Assembly: GCA_030704615.1 (NCBI GenBank)
Contig: CM060731.1
Location: 6,014,001-6,078,000, forward strand
DNA length: 64,000 bases
Direction of reading: 5' to 3'
From: Takakia lepidozioides
Lineage: Eukaryota; Plantae; Bryophyta
Part shown: positions 38,851 to 52,635 of the stretch, piece by piece
Numbering within the stretch: position 1 is the stretch's first letter
Layout: each line of letters opens with the position of its first letter
Position numbers and translations under genes: made by a program
Notes under the pieces: model-generated
Told to the model about the DNA's origin: nothing
Database searches by the model: none
The model's input: the letters and a program-made list of their open reading frames with translations, nothing else

Positions 38851-41149
38851 ACACCTTAATGTTTTTTTGATAGCAACCTGGTTTGGATGATAAAGTTCCT
38901 AAATATGAAAAAGGTGGCCGCGGAGGAGGGCAAAAGGTGACTGCAGAGGAGGATGATAATCAAAAGGGTGGCAGAGGGTTACAAAAACGGAATGAGAATG
39001 TCATTTATTCATTGTTTTTGGGATGAAAGGACACATGTCAGCAAATTTAGGACCTAAAAAAAAAAAACCTAAAACACGTCTTCCTTCTTTCATTTTTTTC
39101 CTCCCATAAAACACAAAACTAAACATAGTGACATATAAGTTTCATTACTGTTTACAAGCTTTGTGAGCCAAGTTACTTGGTAATTTTATTTGTATTTCCA
39201 AGAGCCTTGCAAACATTGATACTTCTTATCTATGTGCCATGTAGCATTAGGCAGGGTCGTTTTGGGCCAGGGTTCAAATATGCCACTTAGAGTATATTGA
39301 CTGAAACGCAATTTAAGCCAATTTAAGGTTTTTTACTTATGAAGTCTACTAGGTTTTAGGTTCATTCGCCCAATACCCATTCAAAATCTCATATTATCGC
39401 CAACCATTTCCACTACGCATTTTGTACAAGCGCCGGACATGCTCTTCTAAGGTTCTAATGGATGCCACTTGTGCTACAATGTAAATACCTTAAAAGAAGC
39501 GCTGCCTCCACAGCCTCTCCAGAGTTCGAACATGCCTTTACAGATCTCTTAGACTGTTCTTGCCAGTGTTTTTTTTTTGTTTTTTTTTTTTTTTTTTCAT
39601 ATTTCCAAAATCGCTGGCGGGGCCACTTGTGGATTTCACCCAGTACCCATGTGGCGAGAATATCGAGGTGACAAAGTTAGAAAAGTGGCTATATTCCAGG
39701 TGTTATGTTTTCATTAGTTCACGTCGGCAAGATTAGGCTCCTGAAATTTATCTCCCGGTGCTTTTTGGCGAAAATCGCCAGATTTCGACCTGGAAACTCG
39801 GTCAGCTACTTATATAAGGGAATTATGGGGGTAGAATCTGAGTTTTTTGTGAGAAAGAAAAACACTAGTGGTTCTTGCCTAGTCCGGCAATTTTTGGGCA
39901 TTTGGCCGGGTTTGGGTTCAACCCTCTATGAGGGTTTGGTTCACATGTTCACTGACTACGGTGTGTGTGCCTCATGGTGTAACAAGGGTTTAATTTTTTC
40001 CCCCAAATAATCCCAAATAATAAAAAAATAAGTGCATGGAATTCATGCAAGATAGTCATTATGAATAGGTAGTAAAAAACTGGAAGATGAGACGGTGTCT
40101 ATTAATAAATATCATGGTAACAGGATTTGAGCCCTGAATCACTCGGATGGCACGCAGGTAATATCCGATTGACTTTCATTCATGGCATGCTTAAGAAGTT
40201 GAACTCCAGACCTAAAGGCCAAACAAAACTAGTCACATGAAGCTGTTCATCCAGGGGATGTCATTCGTTAGAATACAGACAGAATATTCTAGTGACACTG
40301 CCTCGATCGAATTCGGAGCGTAATCAAAAGTATTGGTGCTAAAGCAGCTGAAACCCTTTGCGTAGTCCTAAGTACCTTAGGCAATAAAAAAAATATTACA
40401 ATAATATTTTGGGAATGTTTGCACTATGCAGCTGTGCTCTTGAGGCTCACACACTACCCAACCTCGGCGAAACCTGACCAATATTGGAAATAGCCCAACA
40501 GGTCAGCCCGATCGAGCCCCTCACCTGCGAATGGTTGGCCAAATGGCGGTGTGAGATTTTAAATTGTCTAGAAAAGAGCTAATAAAGAGAGGTACAAAGC
40601 ACAAAGGGTGTAGAAGGTCGACCTAAATCTGATACTCCTGGTGCAAGTTCCGTACCGGCCGCATTGGAGTTATGTATTGTCTGTTATCTCTGTCCATCTA
40701 TGAGGTCAGCAAATATGTTATCTGTCCATCCACGAGGTCAGCAAAAAACATTCCATGTCCATTCCATGTCCATCCATGAGGTCAACAATTATAGACCCCG
40801 TCCATCCACGAAGTCTCGAATATGTAGGCAGTAGGTTGGAAACATGGGTACTTGTTGAGCCCAGATCCAACCATAACGTGACACGTATGCGGAATTGGGT
40901 GACCTGTTGGCTATACCTATGTAGCGATCGATTCGACGATATTAGGGTGCGGAGCCAACAACCTATGCTACTGGATGAATGAAGGTCGCCTCTGTTCGTC
41001 ACTTGTTAAATATTCGTCCATCCATCAACAGAGTCCGTCGCGGGCAGGTACTTACAAAACGTTTGGGGGTCGCTTTCAACAGCGAGAGATCTCGGGCAGA
41101 CCCCGAATATTTGTCTTTGGGCAGCAGCCGAATGGGGCCTGCTTTCCCG

Positions 41150-41310
41150 GCGACCCGTTTCAACAATTCAAATTGAGTTCCGCGCCTCGCGATTCGCTCA
41201 AACTACTTCGACTCGTGGGTATGGGTGGACCCTTAAGAGTGCCACGTGCTGTACTGCGAGTGGCTGTGACCCATGTTTAGGGCCCAACGGCAGTCATAAG
41301 GCCCACCGTC
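41150..41310 (+). promoter_or_regulatory. MAP65 proximal promoter with MSA-like, CHR-like and site II motifs
   Basis: CCGTT 41155-41159, TTCAAA 41167-41172, AACGG 41286-41290, GGCCCA at 41281 and 41300. Confidence 0.45.
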
Positions 41311-42383
41311 TGACGCTGGGTGGCTTCAGTCCAGGGCTGCAGCAGTGTGGGCGTGGAGAGAGAGACAGAGATTGCATGTGTTGGAGTTTCTGCAGTTCAG
41401 GTTTTTAAGATTGTGAACTGAGTCTGCTTTGTGGAGGGTTAGGTTCTCCAGTTGCAGCCCCGCTTTATGTGTGTGTGTCAGTGTGTTAGAGAGAAAGGGA
41501 GGAAGAGGAAGATCGCATGTGTTGGAGTGCCTGCAGTTCGTGTCTTGAAGATCGTGGAGGTATTGTACTTTTTTGTCGAGTTTCTTCCCTTTCCTCATCG
41601 GGTAAAGAGAGGATGAGCTTGGTGTTAGAATGCTGTCGTCATAGGGATGTGTTAGGAGCCATGCCTTGTTGTTTTGACGATTGTGGAGGCAGTGTGCTTC
41701 GATCGTCGTTTCTCAAGTGGCTACTTCAATTTTAACCGATTTTAGCTGTAAAAGAGAGGGAGGGGAGGGGCGATGTATGTGCAACTTAAAATGTTACCGT
41801 AGCTCCTCCATTGTGGGTTCCGAGTGTACCATGAGGTTCAGGTGTCGTCTTCTCCTTCTACATTATCTCTTCCCAGCCTTGCTAGCGTTTCTTTATGTCT
41901 CAGTTCTCTTGCTATCGCTGCACTCCGTTGTTCTCCCTCCTGACACCTTTGTCACCGCATGTTTTACCCTTCCTCGCTACCCTGGGGTCTCTGGGAAGGC
42001 TTCGTGGGGTTGACAGCAGGATGATTCCTCAGTACGTCGAGGCAATGACGCTCTTGCGGTTGTCATCACGGTGGTACTGTAGTCGCCATTGCAATGCCGA
42101 GGACTCATCATCCCCCCTGATGCTCTTGGCCAACTTACAAGTGCATCCCTCGGCCTCAAATCTGTGTATATGCATTGCTAGAGGCTTATCAGTTGCTAAG
42201 CACGGGTCTAACAAAACACGCTACGCCCGTTCCTCCTTGACTGGGTGTAACCGATGTTTTCTTGTCATAAACTCTTTCTTTTCGTCTTCAGCAATCCGCA
42301 CACGTCCGTCATCAACACTTTTTGTTTCTTTTTCCTCGCAGTCCTTAAATGTTCGTGGAAATGCAGGTGTGTAGACAGTTATA

Positions 42384-45300
42384 ATGGTACAGCAGCCGGT
42401 GCAGGCGCAGGTGGATACCACTTGCGGATCCTTACTTCGGGAGTTGCAGGTATGGGTCTGTCCCTGTTACAAGATTTTAGGCCTCCGTAATGCCGTTTTT
42501 CTCTCATCTATATGAACTTACTTTCTTCCCATTGTTAATGGGGAGGAATACTGTGGCAAAGATATACAGCAAGAAAAGTGGGAAAGATTGTCATCTGTGT
42601 GAATTACATTCTCATGTGATTCTGTGTTTACTGGGTTGGCAATTGCAGCACATATGGGATGAGGTGGGAGAGAGTGATGCGGAGAGGGACAAGATGCTGT
42701 TGCAGCTGGAGCAGGAGTGCTTGGAAGTCTACAGGCGCAAGGTTGATCATGCCAGCCACGCCCGTGCACGCCTTCATCAAGCTCTTGCTAATGCTGAGGC
42801 CGAGTTTGCCTCTCTGTTCTCTGCTCTTGGTGACCCACCTATTGTTGCACGAGTTAGTATCTTGCCTCTTTAACCTTACACAATCTTGTTGTTGTATGTA
42901 GACTTGTGCTGTGATATGCTCAGCTCTGGGAGGGGGGAGGGGAGTGGTTGTCCCTAACTGGGTAAAATTCATAGAGGCAGATTCTGGGGCTGGGTGCCTC
43001 GAAAAACAAAGAACTTTCTCATGGATGAGCTGGATCAGAGCATGCTGAAGACCGGCATGAGAAGTGCAACTCGTTGTTGGAAATGCTGTCATAATTCCAG
43101 TGTCATGTTGCCAGCATTTCAGAGCCCAATTGGACCCGTAACTGAGCCACATTACTAAAATTGAATGATGAGGGTCTAAGTGGATCATCGTCCTCATCCT
43201 TTAGAGGAGTGGGTTTATTGAGGCAGGTTCCACTCAACGGATTGATCATTAGTAGTGGCCTCAGTACTCGGCACATGGACCTTCATAGCCGTGGTTCCAT
43301 GGTGCAGGATATGCATGTTGCTTTCGTTAATCCTTTGGAGCCGAAGGAAACTTCCAAAACCAGCAGGCTTGCTGGATGTGGCATTTTGAGTTATTAGGTG
43401 ATGAATAGGCTATGTAGTCACTGCCAGTTGTGCATAACTGAGATAGCGGAAGTCAGTCTTCTCAACATGTTTCTCTGGAATCACAGGAGAAACGAACAGG
43501 AACGCTAAGGGAGCAGTTAGCTTCCATTGGGCCCCAGTTAGAAGAGTTGCGGCAAAGGAAGGAGGAGCGAGCCAAACAGTTCCTGGAGATCAAAGGACAG
43601 ATTTCAAAGATATGTGGAGAAATTGCAGGTTCTCACTCTGCAGATTTTTACCCAAATGGCGATCATGATCTGTCGATGAGACGGCTGGAAGAGTACCAAA
43701 CTCAGCTCCAATCCCTTCAAAAGGAAAAGGTTAGCATTCTAATATGTCACTTGTTCTGCAGAATGAAGAGTCTGACACACACATATAATTTGTTTTTTTA
43801 CGTTGTGCAGAAGAAGGAAACCCTGACTGGAATTGCAGATTGCAAGTCTCAATTGTCTAACGCCTGTTTGGGTCTTCACAGAGTGATCGGCTCCACAAAG
43901 TGCTGGCGTACGTGAATGCAGTGCATGAGCTCTGCACGGTTCTTGGCATGGACTTCTTTCAGGTCATCACACAAGTGCCTGTTTGGGGTCTGTTTGGGGT
44001 CTTCACAGAGTGATCGGCTCCACAAAGTGCTGGCGTACGTGAATGCAGTGCATGAGCTCTGCACGGTTCTTGGCATGGACTTCTTTCAGGTCATCACACA
44101 AGTGCATCCAAGCTTAGACGATTCCACGGGAGGACAGCCCAAGAGCATCAGTAATGAAACTCTTGACCACCTGGCCAAGAGCATCCATGCACTGAATAGG
44201 AGAAAAAAAAAGCGCATTCAAAAGGTGAACCTATTTGTAGAGACATACTGAATAACATTCTTGCACATATGGGCACTATTTTGGTGTGTAGGGTTGCTCT
44301 GGCGATGTAAATTTAGGTGTGTCCTGCCAGCACTATTCTTTCTGAAACTCATTGATATGTGAGTGCAAGGAGATGCCAGTGCAAGTGCCAGATGTGCTGA
44401 TCAGTTGTGTCCTGTAGCAATGACAAACATACTGCTCCAAAAATCATGACACTTGGAGCTGGACTCAATGTGTTCGGAGAGAAAGAATACTCATACTAGA
44501 AGGATGAAATTAGGACTGTTCTCTTGCATATGTAAGCTGTTTTGCTGATTGACAAATGCCACCCTTTGTATTCTCACAGCTACAAGACCTTGGGGCATCT
44601 ATGATAGAGATGTGGAACTTGATGGACACTGCTGTTGAAGATCAGCAGCTGTTTCAGCATGTCACCTGCAACATTGCAGCCTCTGAAGATGAAGTCACTA
44701 CGCCTGGTGCCCTTGCGCTGGATGTCATTGAACAAGTTAGTTCACACTGCTTATTCTCCTGGTCTTTGGTGACTGTTTCCTAAATGACATTTCGAGCTCA
44801 GGCTGTGGGAGTCTCCCCTAGTATAAAAAAAAAAAAAAATGTGGGGAATGATACTAAATGTGCAGAATGTGGCATGGATTCATGCTTTCTCTGACTTGTA
44901 GGCCACACTTCCCTGACCATGTGTGCAGGCAGAGGTGGAAGTTGAGAGATTAGACCAGTGTGAAGCCAGCAAAATGAAAGAGCTTGTGTTTAAAAAGCGG
45001 TTGGAGCTCGAGGAGATATGCAGACGTGCTCACATGGAACCTGATTCCCTCACTGCTGAAAGACAAACAAGATGGTCTTGATTGATTCAGGTAATTGCAA
45101 ACCAACGCATTAACCACTCAGTATTCAACCGGCTTGCAGACTACCAAATTAGAGCAGTTTGGGAGCCATCTGTGTAATTGCAGTTGTCATCATGGATCTG
45201 CATGGTTTGCAGGCATGGTGGACCCTGCAGAACTCCTCAGCAACATAGAGGAGCCGATCGGCAAAGCCAAGGATGAGGCATATAGCCGGAAGGAAATTAT

Positions 45301-47593
45301 GGAGAATATGGAGAAGTGGATGTCGCGGTGTGAAGAAGAGGCATGGCTTGAGGATTATAACAAGGTGTGGCCTCCTGGATGGATTGCAACAAATGTCCTT
45401 CCTTCTCAATCCAAAAATTATCTTTCACATAATACTGTAATGGAGCATAACTCACTGGAGAGGGTTTCTTCTTACTGCATGTGTGGGTTTGGTCTGGTAT
45501 ATCCCCTGAACTAACTTTGCACATGCAGTCTTTTTCGGTGACTCGAGAAATTGTCTACAAACTGCAGGACATATTTTTCTTTTGAACGTTTTGTGGGGTG
45601 CAGGATGAAAATAGGTACAATGCCAGCAAAGGTGCTCACATAAATCTGAAGCGTGCAGAACGTGCACGTGCAACCATTATCAAACTTCCAGGTATGATAT
45701 TGCAATGGTTGACACACACATGTGGAAAACCTTGGAACTTCCTGGAGCATATAAGGTCAATGTAAGATAGAAGTGTAGGAAGAGCAAAGAACTTTGCAGA
45801 AGCATGCTAATGCAGTGGTATGCTCTGACTGGTATGCGCTTTCTGTCTCTCAGCTTTGGTGGAATCGTTAACTTCAAGGACTAGCGCTTGGGAGGAGGAA
45901 CATGGTGTTTCATTTTTGTTTGATGGGGTATGTAGCTCCCTTGTGACTTCGCAACCTTGGCACACTTCTGAAGTTGCTGATGTTTCCATTTTATTTTCTG
46001 TTGTTGAATGGAAAATATTTGTGATTTTTGTCTACTTTAGTGCAAGCTACTAATTTTGCAACACTGTGAATACTAGTTGACAGAGTATCAAGCAGAACTA
46101 TTTCATGGGGCAGGGTAAATGCAGGTGCGCTTGCTTGCAATGCTGGATGAATACAACTTCCTCAGACAGGAGAGAGAGGAGGAGAAGCGGCGAATGAGGG
46201 TATGAACACTTTTCAAATTTAATGACCCGTGATGTTCCCCTCGGATTCCTTCCACATCAGTTAAGTAGGGCATTTGGATTATATATGCTATCCTGTATTG
46301 GTCAATGTAATGTAACATACTTGGTGCTCAGGGTTGTATGAATGCCTAGTAGAAAAGGACTGTACTCCCCGAAAATAATGCAAGTGTAATCCCTTCTAGG
46401 AAGGTTGGGATGAAGGGACTGTGGTCTAATTTCAGGACCAGCAGCGACTCCAGGAGCAACTGATGAATGCGCAGGAGACTTTATTTGGGTCCAGGCCTAG
46501 TCCCAACAAGGGTGGCCAGAGCACCAAGAAGGTCAATGGAGGGCTTCGTGCAAATGGTGGCTCTAACGTTGGACCGCCCGCTAATCGGCGGCTCTCGCTA
46601 GGGGGTGCCATGCAACCAGGGACTCCTGAGCTCCCTCGAGCAAATTGGGTGACCCCTTCTCGATTGGGTGCATCTGTAGGCAAGGACAGCAAGCGTTAGC
46701 GGACCCGGCCTGCTGCACCTCTCAACTATGTTGCAATTACCAAGGATGATCCCTCCTCACTTGCCTCCGCAGGTGGGTCCGATCCCACTTCCCCTCAAGC
46801 TGGATAACCTCCTGCGAGCCTCGACCACCCTCCTGGTATATATCATTGAAGCTTTCTTTCCTGTTCACAACACTGTGCGATGCCGGAGACATGCACATGA
46901 CAACAGTGCCTCCCAAGCTTTAACAGCTCTTGAACTATGGTCCCCTGTTGGGGGCTCTGGTGTTTGACTGGCACACCTTTAGCAGCTATATATCAGGTTA
47001 TCTGTGATAGCCCATGTACATAAAAGTTGTGGTTTACTTAGCGTGGTTTAGTGACCATTTTGTACTGGAAATAATCCAAAATGCTTGGTGGTACTGAAAA
47101 TATGTACCATGATGCACATGTCATTGACATGGACTCCATTTAATTTGGGTTATTGTCAAGGGTTGGGTCAATCACAGCGCATGTAGATTAGATCTATTTT
47201 AGTGAGGTACAGCTTACTCAACGCAGACAGGATTTATTGCTTGACAGTGATGGCTGTGTTGATGTGTGTATTGATGTAGGTGGTACACTTATGGTGAGTG
47301 GGCGCGGGCAAGCTCAAGCAGTGCAGGCACTTGCCCTCCGGCAGCCGCTGTCTCCTGTGGGTGCTGCAGCTGTGGCACAGCAGGTATTCATGGATGATGG
47401 AGGAAACCGGCCAGCCTTAGGAAGCATGGTTGCTCTCATGAAAAGCCCCAATTTTGGGACACCACCCATCAGCTCTGGCATTCTAGACCTTGAAAATGCA
47501 ACCCCGGTGCACCTGGAGTACTCGTTTGAGGAGCGCAGGGCAAGTCTTTCGCACGGGAATTCACTAACAGGTTTTTGGAAGGGTGGCAGTTAA
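42384..47593 (+). pseudogene. MAP65: MAP65/Ase1/PRC1 microtubule bundler; full exon set but disrupted as assembled
   Basis: Exons 42384-42449, 42649-42852, 43487-43729, 44009-44224, 44580-44735, 44929-45090, 45213-45364, 45604-45691, 45854-45927, 46125-46199, 46436-46807 (or to 46772, spliced to 47280-47593). Motifs [43 protein letters not shown]. Exon 6 is out of phase and there is an in-frame TAG at 46697-46699. Confidence 0.88.
43864..44105 (+). repeat. Tandem duplication (127-nt period) of the MAP65 intron 3 acceptor plus the exon 4 start
   Basis: GGGTCTTCACAG|AGTGATCGG...ACACAAGTGC is present twice, with CTGTTTGGGGT doubled at the junction. Confidence 0.95.
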
Positions 47594-49824
47594 TGTGTTG
47601 CTATTTAACCTTGTAGTCAAGTGAGGTCACACTAAGTACTAAGAGGTACAGCTTTTGTAACTCAAGCAGCAATAGAGCAGGCCAGAACCGCAACAGGCGA
47701 GTGGATTAGAGGGTAACCACAATGCAGTGCAGTTTTGCAAGACTAATTTACTGAGTGCTACATCGCTTTGAGCCAATGTTGGCTGGCTCATTCTGGGCTG
47801 TGGCCAGGAGATGTACATTTACTTCGAACAGGTTCCGCCATTCTAATTTAGACATGTACCTTAAGACTATGCTTGTTTCGGATAGTTTGCTCATGGACAG
47901 GTAAGGTTTCTAAGGTGCACTTACTTCAAGTTGGAATGGATGAGAAATGTGCTTGTAATTTCGAGTCTACACCAACCATTATAGTTATGGTGGCTGATTT
48001 TGGATCATTATTACTCCAGAGACTTTGTTTTTTTTTAACTTTTCCAGAGAGGTTCATAGATAACCTAGCCATGTTTCTTCAAAGAAAATGAGATCTGTTG
48101 ACAAAAGAATTGAATATTGCCAGGTTGTTTTTTGAGCATGTAGTACAGAATGTATCCTGCTACTTCGGCAAACTGGCATGGCTGGTGAAGTTTATTTCTG
48201 TAAAAGTGACTCAGATCTTGTGTAGTGCAGTACCTAACAGCACTGTAGGATTCAGCTTTGCTACATTGCACTCAAATATGAATCACTTCATACATATGAC
48301 TTTTGAGCTTTTGGGTAGCAATGCTTTGAAGTCTATTTTTGTTGTTCTTTGACCACTCATTTTAAATGACACAACTGTCTCTGGATTACGAAAGTCTGCA
48401 ACCAGATTGCCAAATTTGGAATCCATAGTTGGTTCGACACTTCCCTGGGTGCAGCTGACTGAGCTCTGGGCATCGAATGGGCACATCGTAGAACTTCGTC
48501 ATCTTGTGTGACCTGCCCATATCTGCTGAAACAAGCATAGTTTACATAGATGTGCAAGCTTATGCCCCTAAATTTACATTTCCTGGCTACATTGCAAAAA
48601 TGATCAAGTCAACACCGTGCGTTTGCATGCGATTCTATTGTGACAAGGAAACTTTGGTGGTGTTTTTATGTATGCAAGTAGCGTCAACAACCCCAACCAG
48701 CTTTTTCTTCCTGGCGGGCCAGAGCTGCTTGAGCCCCCACCTCCACTCGAGCATGCAGCTGCGGCAGAGGTTATAAGGAAATGGGCGCAGGGGGAGCAGC
48801 ATTGCACTTCCGAGCAATGCAAGGTAATCTTTTGTCCTAATTTACTCACAGCTTTGCCCTGGGCCGCCGGGTGCCAAACGGTGGCCGCGCCACCCTCCGT
48901 CCTCCGATTTCTTTGGCGTAGGTAGGTTGCCTCAGTGCTTGGTTGGAAAGAGAGAGGAGAGGAAAAAGAGGGGTTCATTGAGGCTGTCAATCTGGTTCTA
49001 AGAGATTTTGTCTGGCCCGATGCCGTCAGTCAGGAATTTCAAGCACATGGCTAGTGCGAAATGGCAAATTCTTGGGAGTGTGACTTCCTCTCCCAAGGGA
49101 GTAGTGAGGAGAAGAAGTGACCTTGCAGACATGAGTGGCTTTGTGGGTCAGTCCAGTCACTGTGGTGTTCCTGGGTTCAATCTCCAAAGTCGTAGGTCTG
49201 CTTTGGGAGTCTTGCATCCCAACACCACGCATGTGGCTCTTGTCCCTGGTTCCTCTTCTGCTCCTACTGGCCAAACACCATGGGCCCAGTTTGAATTGGA
49301 CGATTTCTTTTCTGATGATGATTCTTACGTTGGGGACTCTGCTGACGAGGTGGACTAGGATACTGTTCTGCTTTTGAGAACATGTTCTAGCCTAATTCAT
49401 GGGAAAAAACTGTTAACAATGGATTTATTAGTGATAGGGATTCATTCACCGGGCCTGAGCCTCGTTCCTGCCTCCCGAACATGAAGGGTTGTGCTCCAAT
49501 TTGGTTTTTCTTTTGTTTTGGAGGCAAAGTGTACTGCAGAGGGTATGTAGGGAGTCGAATTTGTATGCCTCGGAGTCATTGGGTAAATGCACATAAGGGG
49601 GGCCGAGGTGGAAGGAGTTGACGGTGCCTGAGCAATCCAAGACTGCCAAGCAAGACCAATCATGGTACAAGACGCATGTTTCAAGGGAACTAGCGGCAGC
49701 GTTGTGGTGGGACAAGAAGGGGGTGTTCATGTTGTCATCTGCAGCTAGACCAGCATGTAGGCCTTTTTCTTTTGCCAGTGTGAGACGATTTGTGGGATAC
49801 CGGAGAGTGTTGGTGCCATCTGTG

Positions 49825-51385
49825 GACAACCAGCATGTAGCCGAGTGGTAATGGGCACATACCAAGTTGGATGTGGTTGTGGGTTCAAACCACCGTCTGG
49901 TGTGTCATGAAGGTATCCACCTTTCAACTGGAAGGCAGTAGCCCTAGGCGCTGCACCCCAAAATGTCCCAACTCCTCATGGGCATGGCGTACCAATCGCG
50001 CTCGTTGTATTGGATAAGGCACAATCCTCACTCGTCCACCCTTCCATACTCGGAGTATGTGAGTCTCCTCCCACTTGAACCTCTTGGCTTGTTGTAGGAT
50101 TTGATATTACTCCTTAGCAGTCACACTGACTGCTGTCTCTCCGGTACGAAGGTAGGCCAACAGTATTGTTGCATCTTTATGCACATCCTTAGCACCACCA
50201 AACTCTTCACTGATCCCTAGATTATCATGCACAATATCTACATGACCAATCGCATGGGATGGACCAGCTTGAGCTCCCATTGCTAGAATGCACAAAATTG
50301 TAAATGCATGTCATCATGGCACCATCTCCTCATCTGTCTCACCATGCCATTGAGCTCCAATATCATCATGTTCGCTCGTGCATGGATTACGACTCAACCT
50401 ATCTGCATTCCGATTGACTATACCAGTTCGATGAACCACCTGGAAGTCGTACTCTTGAAGCATAAGTGCCCACCGTGCAAGCTTTCATGTAAGCTTGTCT
50501 GACTCCATCAACCACTTCAATGGTTGGTGATCCGTGACAAGGATGAAAAGATTGCCATAGAGGTAGCATTTGAAATGTACCACTGCCCATACTGCAGCTA
50601 GACACTCTTCTTCATATGAGCTATACTTTGCCTTGGCATCATTGTTTGAGCGGCTAACATATGCCACTACGAACTCTCTTCCATCATCATCCACCTGTGT
50701 GAGCACTGCTCTAATCTGTATCCAGCTGGAAAGGCCGCCCACGAATAGGCCGCCTCAAAATAGGTGCAAAAGTCAATCGAGCATTGAGTTCCTCAAGGGC
50801 TTCCCCCTGCTCCTCCTCCAGCCACTGCCACTCCTGACCCACCTTGATCAACTTGGTAAGAGCATTTGTAATGCTGCTAAATCCCTTGACAAACCGTCGA
50901 TAGTAGTTTGTCAACCCCATGAAAACATGAATTATGCTCACATCTGCGGGGCATGGAATGCATGCAATGGCCTCCACCTTTTTCTGTACACCCAATCCTC
51001 CAGGGTATATCATGTGGCCCAGATACTCAATCTGATTGTGGAAGAACCTGCACTTTCCGAGGTGCAGTTTCAACCCGTGCGATCTCAAGCGCTCAAACAC
51101 CACATGAAGGTGTCTCTCATGCTTCTCAGCCATAACACTAAAGACGATGATGTCATCAATGTAGCACCGGTCGAAGTCTAGCCCCACGAGAATCCTATCC
51201 ATGACCCTCTAAAACTCTGCAGGAACATTCTTCAACCCAAACGGTAAGAACCGCCATCGGTATAAACAATCCTTCCCATGTTGGTCAATCCCTCATAATG
51301 TCGTCTTTTGCTTGTCAGCTCTTTGATTGGCAACTGGTGGTAACCGGATCGCAAAACACCATAATTTACGTTCCCTTCGGGAGGC

Positions 51386-51423
<38 letters not shown>
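49825..51423 (-). mobile_element. Ty3/gypsy pol fragment (RT, RNase H, start of integrase) inserted in the piggyBac transposase
   Basis: CYIDDIIVFS (RT), AVLTQVDD...VAYVSRS...TDHQPLKWL (RNase H), HAHEELGHFGV (integrase Zn finger); many frameshifts. Confidence 0.92.
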
Positions 51424-51425
<2 letters not shown>

Positions 51426-52635
51426 CCATATGTGCCTACCCATGTGCAGGTACAAACCTATATTGCAAGGGATAGATGTACAAGACAACAGCGGGGAGCT
51501 TACAATTTGCAGTTGCATACAAATAAGTGGTGGTATTGACTCTTTTTCTTTCTTATGGACACAACCTTGGTAAATGCATATATCTTACATTCAGTCCATG
51601 TCACAAAAATGGGCATGAGGCCCATAAACCATTTAGAGTTCAATTTGGCTGTGGCATATGCCTTGAGAGCAAGTCATTGCACAGACAACATGGACAACAG
51701 GGGGGACGGCTCTTGCACGTTTGTGCATCAATGTCTTCACACACCACATCGGCGGTTGTGTGTTGTATGTCATGTCCGCACTTACTACTACTGCCTTGGA
51801 TGTGACGGTAGCCACATGTGCCTTGGTACTTACTGGAATAAGGCACACCGCCATGGAACGAGGTGACTGTTGTATGCAAGTGTTTATCCGGGTTTTTTTT
51901 GTTGGTGTTCTTAATGTGTGTTGAGTGTTCAATGGGCTATTCGGGTGGGTTGGCAGGTGTGTTGTTCACGGATATGGAGTGCGTGTGTGCATGTGTGCCA
52001 TGGTAGGGTGTTGGGAGTTGAAGGTAGCATGGTCTATGTTTGGGGCTAATAATTTTGGTGTCATGTGTGTTGTCGGTGTTTCATTTGGGGGTGAATGTGT
52101 TTGGGGAAGGGGGGTCATTGCAGCTTGCTTAGATTGGTATGGATGTTTGGGATGATGTTTGCAGCTGGGGGCGGGGCGGGGCGGGGGGTTGGGACTGTTT
52201 GCACTTCGGGCAGATCAAGGGGTTTAACTTCCCCTCAGTTTTGTGGTTTCGTTTTGAGTATGGAGAGTGTTGTAAGGTTGGGGGTGATGGGGTGTTCGGG
52301 AGGCAGACCCTACGTAGGAGTACACGGTCTGCTGGGAAGCGGTTGGACGTTGGCAGGGAGGGAGAACACTGAAATGCAGGGGTAGATGTTGAAGCGTGAG
52401 CTTGTGAGCCCATGAGCCTGATCAAGCTCACATGAATCTGACTATGAGGGCATAATACCGCGGAAGACAGATCCATAACCACGGAAATATGTTCTACATA
52501 TGGGAGGACGACACCAATTGAAATAGAGAATAGAACCCAAATTGCAACTGAAGAACGTAAAATTGTGGACGTTGATGACCCGGTTTCCACAATATTTTTT
52601 AATCATTTAATTATTTAATGTTTTGGGGTGAGACA

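Noticed and set aside
50570-51181. 203-aa plus-strand ORF
   Set aside because: Antisense to the RT/RNase H fragment.
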